This document shows, in pieces, positions 38,790 to 51,115 of a stretch of 64,000 bases of DNA. How positions within the stretch are numbered: the stretch's first letter is position 1; every line of letters begins with the position of its first letter. The stretch spans positions 1,798,001-1,862,000 of the forward strand of contig CATNEN010000041.1 of assembly GCA_950097015.1 (NCBI GenBank), read 5' to 3'. The position numbers and the translations under genes were made by a program. The stretch is from Macrostomum hystrix (taxonomy: Eukaryota; Animalia; Platyhelminthes). The notes under the pieces are model-generated. The model ran no database searches. It was not told the origin of the DNA and worked only from the letters and a program-made list of their open reading frames with translations.

Positions 38790-39075
38790 CTAAATCCCCA
38801 AACTTCACAATCCTTAATCTTCCCACTCTTCAAATTCCTTAATCTTCAAAATTCCCGATCTCCAAACTTCCCAATCCCCAAATTTCCCAATCCCCAAACT
38901 TCCCAATCCCCAAACTTCCCAATCCCCAAACTTCCCAATCCCCAAACTTCCCAATCCCCAAACTTCCCAATCTTCAAACTTCCCAATCCCCAAACTTCCC
39001 AATCTTCAAACTTCCCAATCTTCAAACTTCCCAATCTTCAAACTTCCTAATCCCCAAACTTCCCAATCTTTAAAC
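38790..39075. repeat. 16-bp minisatellite (CCCAATCCCCAAACTT)
   Basis: Direct reading. Confidence 0.88.
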
Positions 39076-39823
39076 TTGCCCAGCCCCATTCAGTGGGAGA
39101 GAGCAGGATTGAATTTTCAACTTGGAAATAGTGGGAGAAATGGGGATCAAGAACGACATAGTAAAGATCTGCAGGACTTAGTTCCAGATTCAATCTGAAT
39201 TCCAGTTTCCGAGCCTGAGGCAGAAACTTTGTGGCTAGGAGCGCATTTGCGGGCTGCACACGAGAGCAGCCAGTGGGACAACCGGTCGGACAAGTCTTCC
39301 CACTCAGGAACAAATGCACTCGGGGATTTTTGTCCTTATCGCGCAAATATCCCCAACGGCCAGCAGCCAGGTCCCTGTAGTGCTGCCAGCGTGCACCTGG
39401 GTAAGGGGCGGAGGAAGCAATTAGGCCCCTTGATCCCTGAAAGCCAGTGTGCGTTAATAATCCCATCAGCTGAGTGTTTCCAAAAAGCATTGGCGCACGG
39501 GACTCTCTTTGATAGGCCCGAACTCGCAGCGGCCCGCGCTGGCTTTATGAAAAATTCTGCCAGAAAGAGGGGCCCGTTTATTCAGGCTTAATTTTGAAAC
39601 CCGGTTTCGTAAAAAAGGAGCTTCGATTCCGCCTGTCTTACTATTAGTAGCATGAACTGTACAGTGAACAGAGATATCCTATATTTTGGGATTTAAACTG
39701 GGCTATTCTGGTCATTCTGGTCTGGCTATTCTGGTCTAAGTCACTCTGGTGCTATTTGTGAAAGCATTGTCCATTGTCTTCGGATATTTTCTATCATGCG
39801 ATATGTCTTGTTATTAAGGGCAT

Positions 39824-39960
39824 TAGTAATCCTGGGATATTTGTAATCCTGGGATATTTGTGATCCTGGGATATTTGTAATCCTGGGATATTTTTTATCT
39901 TGGGATATTTGTGATCCTGGGATATTTGTAATCTTGGAATATTTTTATCTTGGGATATCC
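39824..39960. repeat. 17-bp repeat (GTAATCCTGGGATATTT), ~8 units
   Basis: Direct reading. Confidence 0.8.
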
Positions 39961-40589
39961 TTCAGGGAATCTCATTGATCCCGAGTAATCCCATGGGATG
40001 TTTCAGTAATTCATCTTGATCCCAAGCCATCTCGGGATTTCTCCAGTATTTCTCCCGGTATTTCTTCAATTTATAGTCTGACACTATCTCAACCAAGCCA
40101 CTTCTAATCATAATACTCATATAAAAGCTGCCTTTTCATTTCTTGCAACGAAAGCAGCAGCCGAAGGAACAATGGCCGGCTTTGCTAAATTTGTTTTGCT
40201 GACCGTCCCAGAGCGCCAGATAAGATAAGACCCAGATATGTACAGATATGCTCAGGTGCTTCGATTATTACATAATTGCGTTTGAGCTAATTAATCTGAC
40301 TGCCTCAAGGTTATGATGCAACCTGAAGGAAGTCCCGCCTACTCAAATCAGGCATTCAAAGTCTTCAATTTCTTATTTAGGGGTTATCTCTAACTGGAGC
40401 AGCTATGAGCCATATAAGACTGAGCACGCCTGGGATTTTGCAAGAATATTCTGCTGCTAATAAGATTCACTATTCCGTTAAAAATGTAAGCAACTCACAA
40501 ATCGTTCATAAAATCCCCTCTCACTTCATAGAACATACTATCAATTTATAGAATACCCTCTCAGATCATAGAATATATATTACTCGTAT

Positions 40590-41945
40590 ATTCATAGAAT
40601 CGGCCCACAGTTCATTGAATCGGCCCACAATTCATAGAATCGGCCCACAGTTCATAGAATCGGCCCACAGTTCATAGAATCGGCCCACAGTTCATAGAAT
40701 CGGCCCACAGTTCATAGAATCGGCCCACAGTTCATAGAATCGGCCCACAGTTCATAGAATCCACCCTCAGTTCATAGAATCCACTCACAGTTGATAGAAT
40801 CTCCTCTGAGTTCATAGAATCCACCCTCAGTTCATAGAATCCCCTTCAGTTCATCGAATACCCTCTCAGTTCATAGAATCGGCCCCCAGTTCATAGAATA
40901 CCCCTCAGTTCATGGAATACACCCTCAGTTCATAGAATCCACTCTCAGTTCATAGAATCCACCCTCAGTTCATAGAATCCAACCTCAGTTCATAGAATCC
41001 ACCCTCAGTTCATAGAATCCACTCACAGTTGATAGAATCTCCTCTGAGTTCATAGAATCCACCCTCAGTTCATAGAATCCCCCTCAGTTCATCGAATACC
41101 CTCTCAGTTCATAGAATCGGCCCACAGTTTATAGAATCCCCCTCAGTTCATGGAATACCCGTCAGTTCAAAGAATCCACCCTCAGTTCATAGAATCACCC
41201 TCAGTTCATAGAATCCACCCTCAGTTCATAGAATCCACTCTGAGTTCATAGAATCCCCCTCAGTTCATGGAATCCACCCTCAGTTCATAGAATCCACTCA
41301 CAGTTGATAGAATCCCCTCTGAGTTCATAGAATCCACCCTCAGTTCATAGAATCCACCCTCAGTTCATAGAATCGGCCCACAGTTCATAGAATCCACCCT
41401 CAGTTCATAGAATCCACTCTCAGTTCATAGAATCCACTCTCAGTTCATAGAATCCACCCTCAGTTCATAGAATCCACCCTCAGTTCATAGAATCCACTCT
41501 CAGTTCATGGAATACCCCTCAGTTCATTGAATCCCCCTCAGTTCATGGAATACCCCTCAGTTCATAGAATCCACCCTCAGTTCATAGAATCCACTCACAG
41601 TTGATAGAATCCACTCATAGTTGATAGAATCCCCTCTGAGTTCATAGAATCCACCCTCAGTTCATAGAATCCACTCTCAGTTCATGGAATACCCCTCAGT
41701 TCATAGAATCCCCCTCAGTTCATGGAATACCCCTCAGTTCATAGAATCCACTCTCAGTTCATGGAATACCCCTCAGTTCATAGAATCCCCCTCAGTTCAT
41801 GGAATACCCCTCAGTTCATAGAATCCACTCACAGTTGATAGAATCCACTCATAGTTGATAGAATCCCCTCTGAGTTCATAGAATCCACCCTCAGTACATA
41901 AAATCTATTCTCTCAGTTCATGGAATCCCCGCTCCATTTATAGAA
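40590..41945. repeat. Heterogeneous 19-20-bp minisatellite (CAGTTCATAGAATCCACCCT), ~67 units
   Basis: Direct reading. Confidence 0.92.
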
Positions 41946-42980
41946 TCCACAACCTGATCGGCAAAACGAATGTTGTTATAGTTATTCATATTTTACAATG
42001 ATTAATGATGTTTTGTAATTAGACATCTTTTATTATGAAATTCTCACACCTGCAATCACTTTGTGCCTTTGGAATCGGGTTTTGCCAATGCCTTCTCACC
42101 TTTCACTCTCACGTTGCCGCGGCTGCACGCGTCGCAGATTGGGTTGTAGAAAGCAGCCCGAGAAGTGTCTCTGCTTTAACAAAGTCCATATCATTATGGG
42201 ACTCGAGCTCATTTCCAGCTCCCACACACACAGGCAGAGCCAGAGGCAACCCATAAAAACCTTAGGGTTCTGGTTTGGGACTTAAGGAAAGCCTGAAATG
42301 TCGCACTTAGAAAAAACAAGTCGCACTTAGAAAAAATGGGCGCAATTTGCGAGTCTTAGCGCCATTCCCCTCCGGCTGGGACTGCTCGGGCACGGCAGTA
42401 TCGGAAAGTGGAATGGGAGAGAGAGCAGGGTCTGGCCCATCAGCGTCGCGCTAACTGAGAATTGAGAAACAAGTGCACGTTGTTATCAATTTCTCCTCTG
42501 GCGCGGGCCAGGCGCAAGCGCCCTCGGCTGAGCTTGGCTTTGGGGGTGGAGGTGAAGATAAGTGAGGGTGAAAATAAAAACCATTCTTTCACGGCACAGC
42601 CTGCCCGGCACCCCACCCCCACCCATGGAGGGTGTGCGCTGCGCTGTGCATTCCGCTTGTGAAATGAGTATGTTTGGAAGGCCTTCCGCCAACCCCCAAA
42701 CCAAACCAAACCGAAGGGCCTCCTTCCCTCCAAAGCCTCCCAACCCCACACCCCGGCCCAAACACGCCTGGCCCGTTTATCCCTCCCTCATTGGCTGCGC
42801 CGGCGCTCCCACCTCCCCGGGGGGACCAGCAAATTCCGCAGCATAAAGCGGGCCCCCCGTCAGCAATTCTCCGCTCCTCAAACCGAAGAGCTTCCTCAAG
42901 TCTCGTCTCGTAAACAATTTGTCGACCCTCTCAGCCCATCAATTCGCCCTCGTTCGCAACAACTGCCCCCAGCGCGCACC

Positions 42981-45900
42981 ATGTCAGCTACAGTGTTGAA
43001 CTCGCTGAACTTCTACCAGCTGCAGTCCTACCTGCATTCGTGGCACGCAGCCGCGGCCAGCCGGGCCTCCAAGGAGAACCTGAGCTACGGGACCGCGCCC
43101 TCTGCGAGCAAGTGCCCGCCTCAGGCGCAGCAGAGTGTAAGTGGACTGATGTACTTTTTAGTGAGCAGCGGAGTGAATTTATTTGCACTTGTCACTTGCT
43201 AGTGTCATACTGATTGTTTGCCTTGCTATTAGAAACTATTACTTATTACTAGTACTTATTAGTATTACTTATTACTATTACTTATTAGCATTACTTATTA
43301 CTAGTACTTATTAGTATTACTTATTACTATTACTTATTAGCATTACTTATTACTAGTACTTATTAGTATTACTTTGCCTGTATTAAATTTATTATTTGTA
43401 TTAGTTATTATTATTATTAAAAGTATTAAATTGCCTGACCTAGGCCGTATAGGATTTATCGCTTTTATAATTTTGTTAATCTATCCTGCCGCCATGCCAT
43501 CCCTTTTACTGAGTTTTTATCGGGCAACTTTTAATTGTAGTCTAGCTGGTGTGCTCAAGTCCAGCTCGTGCGGTTATTTCAAGAGTTTTCTCAGCTAGTT
43601 CTCGGGATGAGGGAGAATTGTCGAATTGGTGACGTGAGTCAGTCAAGCTGGTCGGTCTGTCGCAATAACAATGCCTCTCAGTCTTAGCCACTCGCACACA
43701 GCCGCTCGCAGCACAGCAGAGTTGAGTCCACTTCTCTTCTCTTAAGTCTTTGCCCTGCATGGCAACGTGGGCCTGTTTGCCTGCGTCAGGACGGGCGGGT
43801 GGGGTGGGCCGCGCTCCCTTTCCTGTGTGAGAGGCCGAGGATTCCTCTGCACGGCTCATGAGGGCTTTAATTAGGCGCAGATGGTCCGAGCAGTTTACTC
43901 AAGGTCCTGTCCCCTATGCCAGCCCTCGAGCTCGGGTCCCAGCAACTCCAGCGCGGGCCCTATTGTTCCCAAGGCCCGGAGACCAGTGGAGTGACTTGGG
44001 GGGTAAGAAGATTTCTCGGCGAGCGAGCACAGACCCGAATCCCGGCCCACGGTCGCTGCCCCCGCAACAGCCCGGTGGCCCCCCACCCTGCCTGCTTTGT
44101 TTGCGATCCCTGCGTCAGCACGCACTGGCCGCAGCCCAGTAAAGGTCCGCCTGGTCTTGTTGCCAGGCAGCTTTGGGAGAACACGGGAGAGCAGGCTGTG
44201 AAATTGCTGTGCTTAGCGTGAGTCACCCAGCTCCAGTGTCTCACACCCGCCACTGTCTTCCTTGAGGAAGAGAACCGATAGCAAATCTGTCCTGGAAACC
44301 CAAGGCCACCCCGTTCTGCCCCGGCAAGCAGTGCGAGCCCCCCAGGCTGCTTTGCATTTGCGCACCCAGCCGAGCAGGTAGATTCCATAGGAATTCACGG
44401 CCCGCAGCAACAAGCCTGCTGCTTGCATCAGAATTCCAATGCATTTTGTAACTGTTCCCGATATTTGATATTTAAGAAACCGCTCCTTATTTGTGCGCTC
44501 GGTCAATAAGAAAACCCGAGTAATATGGACTCTGTAGGTTTTGTAAAAATGCGAGCTTTGTGGCTTGTTTGTTGACTTGTTGTCTGCTGGATTGTCGGCA
44601 AATTTCATTGATCTTTATTAGGCCGTCACACCTTTATACCTGTTATCTATTTTTCATCCGGGCTCCGTTTGTCTGGTTTTGCGTGGGTTCAGTAGGACTA
44701 TTGATTGCGCCTGTCTCGGCCCCGGACCAAACTGCAGCTCTCATTTGCAAGCAGTCACTCCCTGCTCATTCTTCCTCTGTGTGCACTCCTGCCCTGCCGC
44801 GGCCTCACTAATTCGTAAGGCGCCCCACGCTTCGCTGCCCGCTCGGCCCCAACTCCTTGGCTGCCTGGTGGCCAGGTTTGTTTCTCAGAGTCCTCCGCAT
44901 TCCTCAGGCAGGGAGTGGACACTCGGGCAGGGATTGGGGGAGTCAGACCTGAGCACAAACTGCTCAGCTTGTTTGGCACTGCGGAAGAAGCGGACTCGGG
45001 CTGCAAGGTGCGGCCGCAGTCATCCCGACCCTCCCATTGTTGCGACAGGGCTGGGTGGAGAGCTGTTTGAGAATAGTTTCCGAACTCACACTGCAGCCGC
45101 CCTCAGGTGTTGCTTGTCAGCCATTATTAACCCTGTACCCCCTCAATTGTGTGCCTTGCGGCCTTGTCTGTGCTCGCTGACTCGTGGAGAAGTCTTAAAA
45201 TTAAAGGGGCCTGGCTCTCTTAGTCTCCATCCTCTGCTTGTGGACTAAATAGTTAGTGGGTTGCGCAAGATAAGCTCTAGCAGGATTAGTGTTGTGTGCC
45301 CCTGGCATTATGCAGCAATGTAACAAAGAAGGCTGTGGCATAATATAGCTCTTTGCCTTCGGGATCCCTGGCACGCGGTGTGCTTAGGCAGGCGTGACGG
45401 AGCCAAGGCGGAAATCTGCAGATAAACTGATCAATCTGGATACAATGTCAGCAGAAAAGGAAATTTATCTTTTCTTTCCGCAGCCAGTCCGCACTCCCTA
45501 TTCCTAGTCCGAGTGCCAGCAGTGTCAAAGGCGCTCTGATAAGAGAGGCGGTCCTGATGCAGGGCTGGGGACTTGGACCTGACATTAGTGGGCCAGGCCG
45601 CTGTGTACACAGCTGCGCGCACAGCCCCACAGGCGGAGGCGGAGTCTTCCACCTTCCTATCTGCGCTCTCTCTAGACAGCTTGGGCGGCAGGCAATAGGG
45701 CCTTGCAGCCAAAGGCCTTCCCTGCCCCAAGATAGGATCTCGCCTTGCTGCGAGGGGGGAGGAACACAGAGGCATTGGCGGCGCACAACTGCAGCTGCAG
45801 CCAGAGAGAGAGAAGGTCCGGTCCCTCCGCACTGGGGCTGTATAAACAGGGGCTTGGGACCGGAGCTTTCGCTTCGTCTTATCCTTGTCCGCCACCCCGG

Positions 45901-48900
45901 CCTGTCTCACAACTGCATTCTCTACTTTATTTCTGCGCCTTTTGCACAGCACCCCAGCCCCGCTCACCCGGCCTCTCGTTCTCTGAGAGGGACAGGGCTC
46001 GAGCTGTTTCATTCGGTGAGTGCGCATTTCCTATGCCTAATACAATACGGCCCTCTCTTTCTGCTGTCCTGCCTGCCCGCCTGCAGCTCGCCCCTCTCCA
46101 TGTCTCTGCTTCTCGTCTCCGCAGGCGGGGCCTCACCCTGTCCCCCAGTCACATCCCTAAGCTCGGCTTAGCCGTGAGAGAATTCAGCAACAACTGCGGA
46201 GTGGGGTGGGCGGCTGCGTCAGGCTCCTCTGTTCCGATTCCCAAGCGAAGCTCAGCCTCCAGTGTGCGGCCCATGAAATCAGGGGAAGTCTGCGAAATCT
46301 CGTGCGCAGAAGAAGCGTGGACCGCCTCCCTTCCCAGACGCACAGCAACTGCAATCGGCAGCCGGGGGAGGAACTGGGACTAAATGGAGGACGCGCTGCG
46401 ACTGCGTGCGCCTCGAGCCTGCCAGGCCCCGCTTATCGATCCGCCCCTTCCCTCAGCCTTCCATTTCCCCGGCCTCTGTTTACAATCGGGCTGGGCTTAT
46501 CTGCTTGCCCTGTGCGGCTGCAGGCCCTGCTAATTGGGGTGGCTGGCGCGTCTCAGACAAGCTCAGCCGGTGGGGCGGGCTGGCATTCTGTTGCCAGCGC
46601 CTCCGCCCGCCTAGGCAGACGCGGGCGCTTGCTCCCAAGCCCCCTCCTCAGTCCCACGCCAAGTTAGGGAGTCCGGTTACAGCTGGCTGGCTGGAGCCCC
46701 TGCTCACTCTCGAGTCGAATTCCCCGCCTGTCCCCGCGTGCGCGCATGTTTTCAGCTCTCTCACTGGGCGCTCCCTTAGTTGCTGGGCGCTGCCTGTGAG
46801 ATGGCGGGCCAGAAAGACACAGATTAGGCTGAGTCGCTGGGGCCCCATTTCTCTCCCACAGTGAGCGAGCCAGGCACGTTCCTTCAGTGTCGTGACTCAC
46901 CGACTTGTTTTAGTTGCCCGGAGATTGAGTCCGGCCGAATTGTTTGCTCTCTAGAAGCAGAAGATCGCACCAGTTCACGCTGCGGCCTGCTGCCCCGTAT
47001 GGATACAACTGCTTAACTGTCCCACTGACCCCCGTTGGGAGGGGGAATTCAGCAACTTGAAGCCATCAAAGATGGTGGGTGGGAACGATTTTAAAAGACG
47101 TGACTTTTTATCCCACGGAGGGCCTGCCCGCCGCTCGCTGTGTAGCAAGCGATAAAGAGGCCGGGGCGCACCTGATCTGCAGCATACTCACCTGCTCACA
47201 GTGTCGGGTTGCATCTAGGCGAGTTCGGAAATGATCCTCACGCTTCCCCGCCAGCTTGGCGCAAACCGCTACACGGAGGCAAGAATAACAGTAAAGAGAA
47301 GAAAGTGTTGGGCTTGATTTCATCCATCACTTTCAGCCTGCCTGCATTCTCACTGGCTGGGTGTCACAGGCGCGTGGATCGGGGAGCTCTGAGCCTGCGC
47401 AGTTGCCACTTTGCTACGCCTGGGGACACCGGGGGCGCCTTGATTTGCGCAGGCGATGACACACACACACAGGAAGCCTGGCACACAGGAAGTGCGCCTG
47501 GGCCAGTAAACTGACACCCTCTCCCAATCTGTGCCTAAGGATCTGTTAGTGTTGGGAGTCGGGTGGGTGGCTGGGGCTTCTAATGCCTTTCTCAGATGCG
47601 AAAGTGTCCCAATTTTGTGCTTTGGATCTTTAATTAAGCTTTTAGGAAAATTGACCCGGGCCTCGTGGCTGCCCCCTCCCCCACCTGCGAATGCTGCAGG
47701 CTCCGCGGTCTGTTCAATTTGCATATTGGCCGCGCTGACTCAGTGGGCACCGCCGTAGTGAGCGAGCGGGTGGGACTGCCTTCACGGATGGGAGCTCTGG
47801 AACCCAATCCTGCCATCACCTGATACCCAGTGCCTGCAGTAAGTGGGCCTGGCAATTCCACAGGAACTTCCTGTCTGCTGCACGACTTCCTTTCCCTGTA
47901 CATTTGGAAAGTGTTTTGGGAAACAGGATGTTGCTGGCAGTCCTGCGGCTGGGCCTGCTGCCAAGGCTCCGTGGGTCTGGGAGTCTTCCCCGGTTCTGAT
48001 TGTTATCTTGCGGCCCGGGGCTGGATGGGAGCGGTGTGTTTATTCCACCTTCCGGTTGCTCTTGGGGTGGCACAAAGATTTAACTATTCGCTGTGATCGC
48101 TTAATGCTTACAAATCTTTCACTTTGTTTCAGGTTTATAAAACTTTGCATACTTACTGCAAGTAGTCTAACTCGCTTTCTTAATAAAAATTTCGAATGCC
48201 CACTTGCAGACCCAACAGGCCTCATCCAGCCGGACCGAACCCAGCAGCAGCAGCGGCATCAGCGAGATGGACAAGGCCAAGTTCAAGACCCAGCTGCTGG
48301 ACCTTGTGCGCGACAGCTTCTCGTTTGAGCACAGCGCCCAGGTCACGCTGCTCATGAGTGTCCGCCTGGACGACCGGCCAGAATCGCTGAACTTGGAAGT
48401 GTCCGAGCAGCTGCTAGCGGCCAAGTCCCAGTCAAGCAGCCAAGTCCCGGCTGTGGCTCCCGCCGCTCCTGCCGCTCCAGCCGGCGGGAGCAAGCGGAAG
48501 TCGCAGGCGCCGCAGCGCATGGTGCCGTCTGGCGAGGAGGACTCCTTTGTGCCCGCTTCGGTGGCCGCTGCTGCGCCGTCTCGCGACGTCTCCAGCAGCT
48601 TCAACGCGGACCTCTCGGCTGGCGCCAGCACCGAGGACGAGGAGCCCCAGCCGCTGAACCTGAGCCGCAACGGCTCGCCCGCTGTCGGATCCTCGTCGAC
48701 GCCGCTCAAGCCGATTCCGACGCCCGCCGCTGTTGCCGCAGCCGCGTTTCAGCTTAACAACCCGGAGCTGGCCTTCCACCAGCACCGCCAGCCGTACCTT
48801 GCCGCTATGCAGCCTGCCATCAGCCGCATCGCCAATATCGCCCCGATGACCGCGATCACCGCCCCGATGGTCCAGACATCGCCGATGCTGTCGCTGGCCA

Positions 48901-49736
48901 ACGGTGCCGCTCTGCCTATTCTAGCTGCCGCTGGCTTTCAGCAGCAGCAACAGCAGCAGCAGCAACAACAGCAGCAGCAGCGACAGCCGACTGTTCGTCA
49001 GCCGCGCCAGCTTGGAGTCCGGTCCCGTCGCCCAGGCAACCGCACCTTCCCATGCAACCAGTGCGGGATTGTGTTCCAGTCGCTGGCCGGCCTATCCAAG
49101 CACACCTTCACCACCCACAAGGTTTACAAGTGCACCTTCTGCGCCGCCAACTTCACGCAGCGCTCCAACCTACAGCGCCACTCACTCAAACATGTCGGCT
49201 TCAAGCCGTTCGAGTGCCGCTGCTGCCGCAAGTCCTACTACCGCAAGGACCACCTGGTGCGCCACATCGAGGTCACACATCCAGGCAACGACCCCAAGCT
49301 CAGCATCGACACGCGCCTTAGCAGCGCCGAGTGCCTTCAGTACCTGGAGCGCAAGCATGAGAGCCGCGACTACACCTGCCTGAGCGGCGTTGTGCTCTCC
49401 GCCACCACTGCCGCCGCTGCCGCCGGATCTGAGCTTGGCGAAACTGCCGAGACCGAAGCTGCCGCCTCCGCCACCGCCGCGTCCGACGCAGGCGCTGTTG
49501 CTGTTGGCACCTCCGGCACCGAGGACGAGGTCGATGAGAACGAGGAGCTCGTTGTAATGATAGACGGCGAAATGGACGAAGAATTCGACGAGGAGGGTGA
49601 AGAGGACCTGGGCGCGGAGCCCATGGACGATGAAGAGGCCGATGCTATCGCTGTGGAAGCTGAGGAGGACGCCGAGATCGACGTTGGCCAGGAGGAGCCG
49701 CAGCCAATCCTGCTGGAGCAGCCGTCGGCCGAGTGA
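42981..49736 (+). CDS. C2H2 zinc-finger transcription factor (3 fingers, PLNLS CtBP-type motif, polyQ, acidic tail), ~560 aa
   Basis: Main exon 48210 (or 48219)-49736 with fingers CNQC..H..H, CTFC..RSNLQRH..H and CRCC..RKDHLVRH..H joined by a GFKPF linker. Putative first exon 42981-43136 (GCACCATG...AGT|GTAAGT, phase 0, GC3-rich); its linkage to the main exon is inferred. Confidence 0.8.
43240..43375. repeat. AT-rich 52-bp repeat (~2.5 units) in ZF intron 1
   Basis: TTATTACTAGTAC recurs at 43243 and 43295. Confidence 0.75.
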
Positions 49737-51115
49737 TCCCCTCTGATCCCGAAATATCCCTAAACTCTGATCCCGGCGAGTGGGCGCGCATTTACACTTG
49801 TGGTGCTGATGGGGGGAGAACTTTTTAAAGACAGCCGATATGTAGCAAAATTACCCTAAATCAGATTGGGGCGCAGTATTCTGCATCTCCCTTCCCCAGT
49901 TTCCCCACCTATTGTTATTTTAAGTAGTTCGCGATTCGCTTCATTTGCGTGCCGTAAATATTTTCTCACCTGTTTGTTTAGCTTCTCAACCTCTCGCACT
50001 GCTGCATGCTCACCATACTCATTCAAGCTTGCTTCTGTCTTTTTTAACTGCAGCGTTGCCTGCTCAAACAATACTTCTGATTGCGCATAGAGCCTCAGTA
50101 GCCGCAGCGGCTTCTGCCTGTACAGATTCTGATGCCCACGTACTTATTGTAATACCTGCTTCAGTTAATAATGCCAGCAATACTCATGAGTAGCTAATAT
50201 GCCTGATATATACACCACATTGCGTAATATCCGAACTGATTTGGCATCGGCTAATCCAGCAGAATTGATTGCACCCTGGTTGTTCCTCTGGTTTTATCAG
50301 TCTTGTCTCTGCTGCTGCATCATCTCTCATTACTTAGTAAATAATTTTTTATCTAAAGCAACAGATTTCAGCACCCTGTTGATGACCGCCGCACCCTGCG
50401 CTGCTGATCAAATATACTTCCGTGCCAGGTTTTTTAATTATGATTCAAATCAAAACACGTTGGATAGTTTTTTGACACCCTCTTAGACGCAACCGGAGAG
50501 TGCTATCAGAATACATGGGGCAATGAGGAACAATTTAGAACTTTTTATCCTATAACTGTAGGAAACAAAATAACAAACAAAAAATACAAAAGCAACAAAG
50601 ACACCGAATCAAATACAGGAGAAAACTTAAAGAGTTCGAAACTTAGAGAGAAACGGCTGCACAATAAAGAAAAAGAAAACTACTATTTGGCAGAGCTAAG
50701 TGCAGTTTTGACGGGCTTAGACAGAGCTACTGAGTACTAACAGTCAGTCGAACAACCATAACAAAGCTTTCATTAAATTTAGCTAAAAATGCTTCACATG
50801 ACAGTCAGTTTGTTCCTTCCGCTGGACGATAAATTGCCATCGACTGACAAACCAATACGAAAACACAGACTGAGGGAATATGGGATTATGGCAACTGGGA
50901 TTTTCAGCAGTGTGATAATGAAATCTCAAAGAGGAAACTTCAGACGGTAGAGCCTCATTAATCGCACCTCAGATCACCTCAGCACACATATCTAAATCAA
51001 AGTGGCCTGTTTCAATCTTGGCAATCTATGGAATCATGAGTTCTCAAGTATGGGATAAAATTATGAAATGTGCATGGGATGCCAAAAAAGTAGTTGCTAA
51101 GCACATTCCCATCAA

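Noticed and set aside
39085-39410. Reading frame with a single in-frame TGA ending at a GTAAG donor (possible readthrough or Sec exon)
   Set aside because: No homology, no SECIS seen and atypical codon usage.
43540-48100. Many 60-210 aa ORFs on both strands
   Set aside because: Expected in GC-rich non-coding DNA; they overlap in all frames and lack codon bias or domains.
49856-50490. Short helical-looking ORFs downstream of the ZF gene
   Set aside because: Interrupted by stops in every frame, with no recognisable motif or splice pattern.
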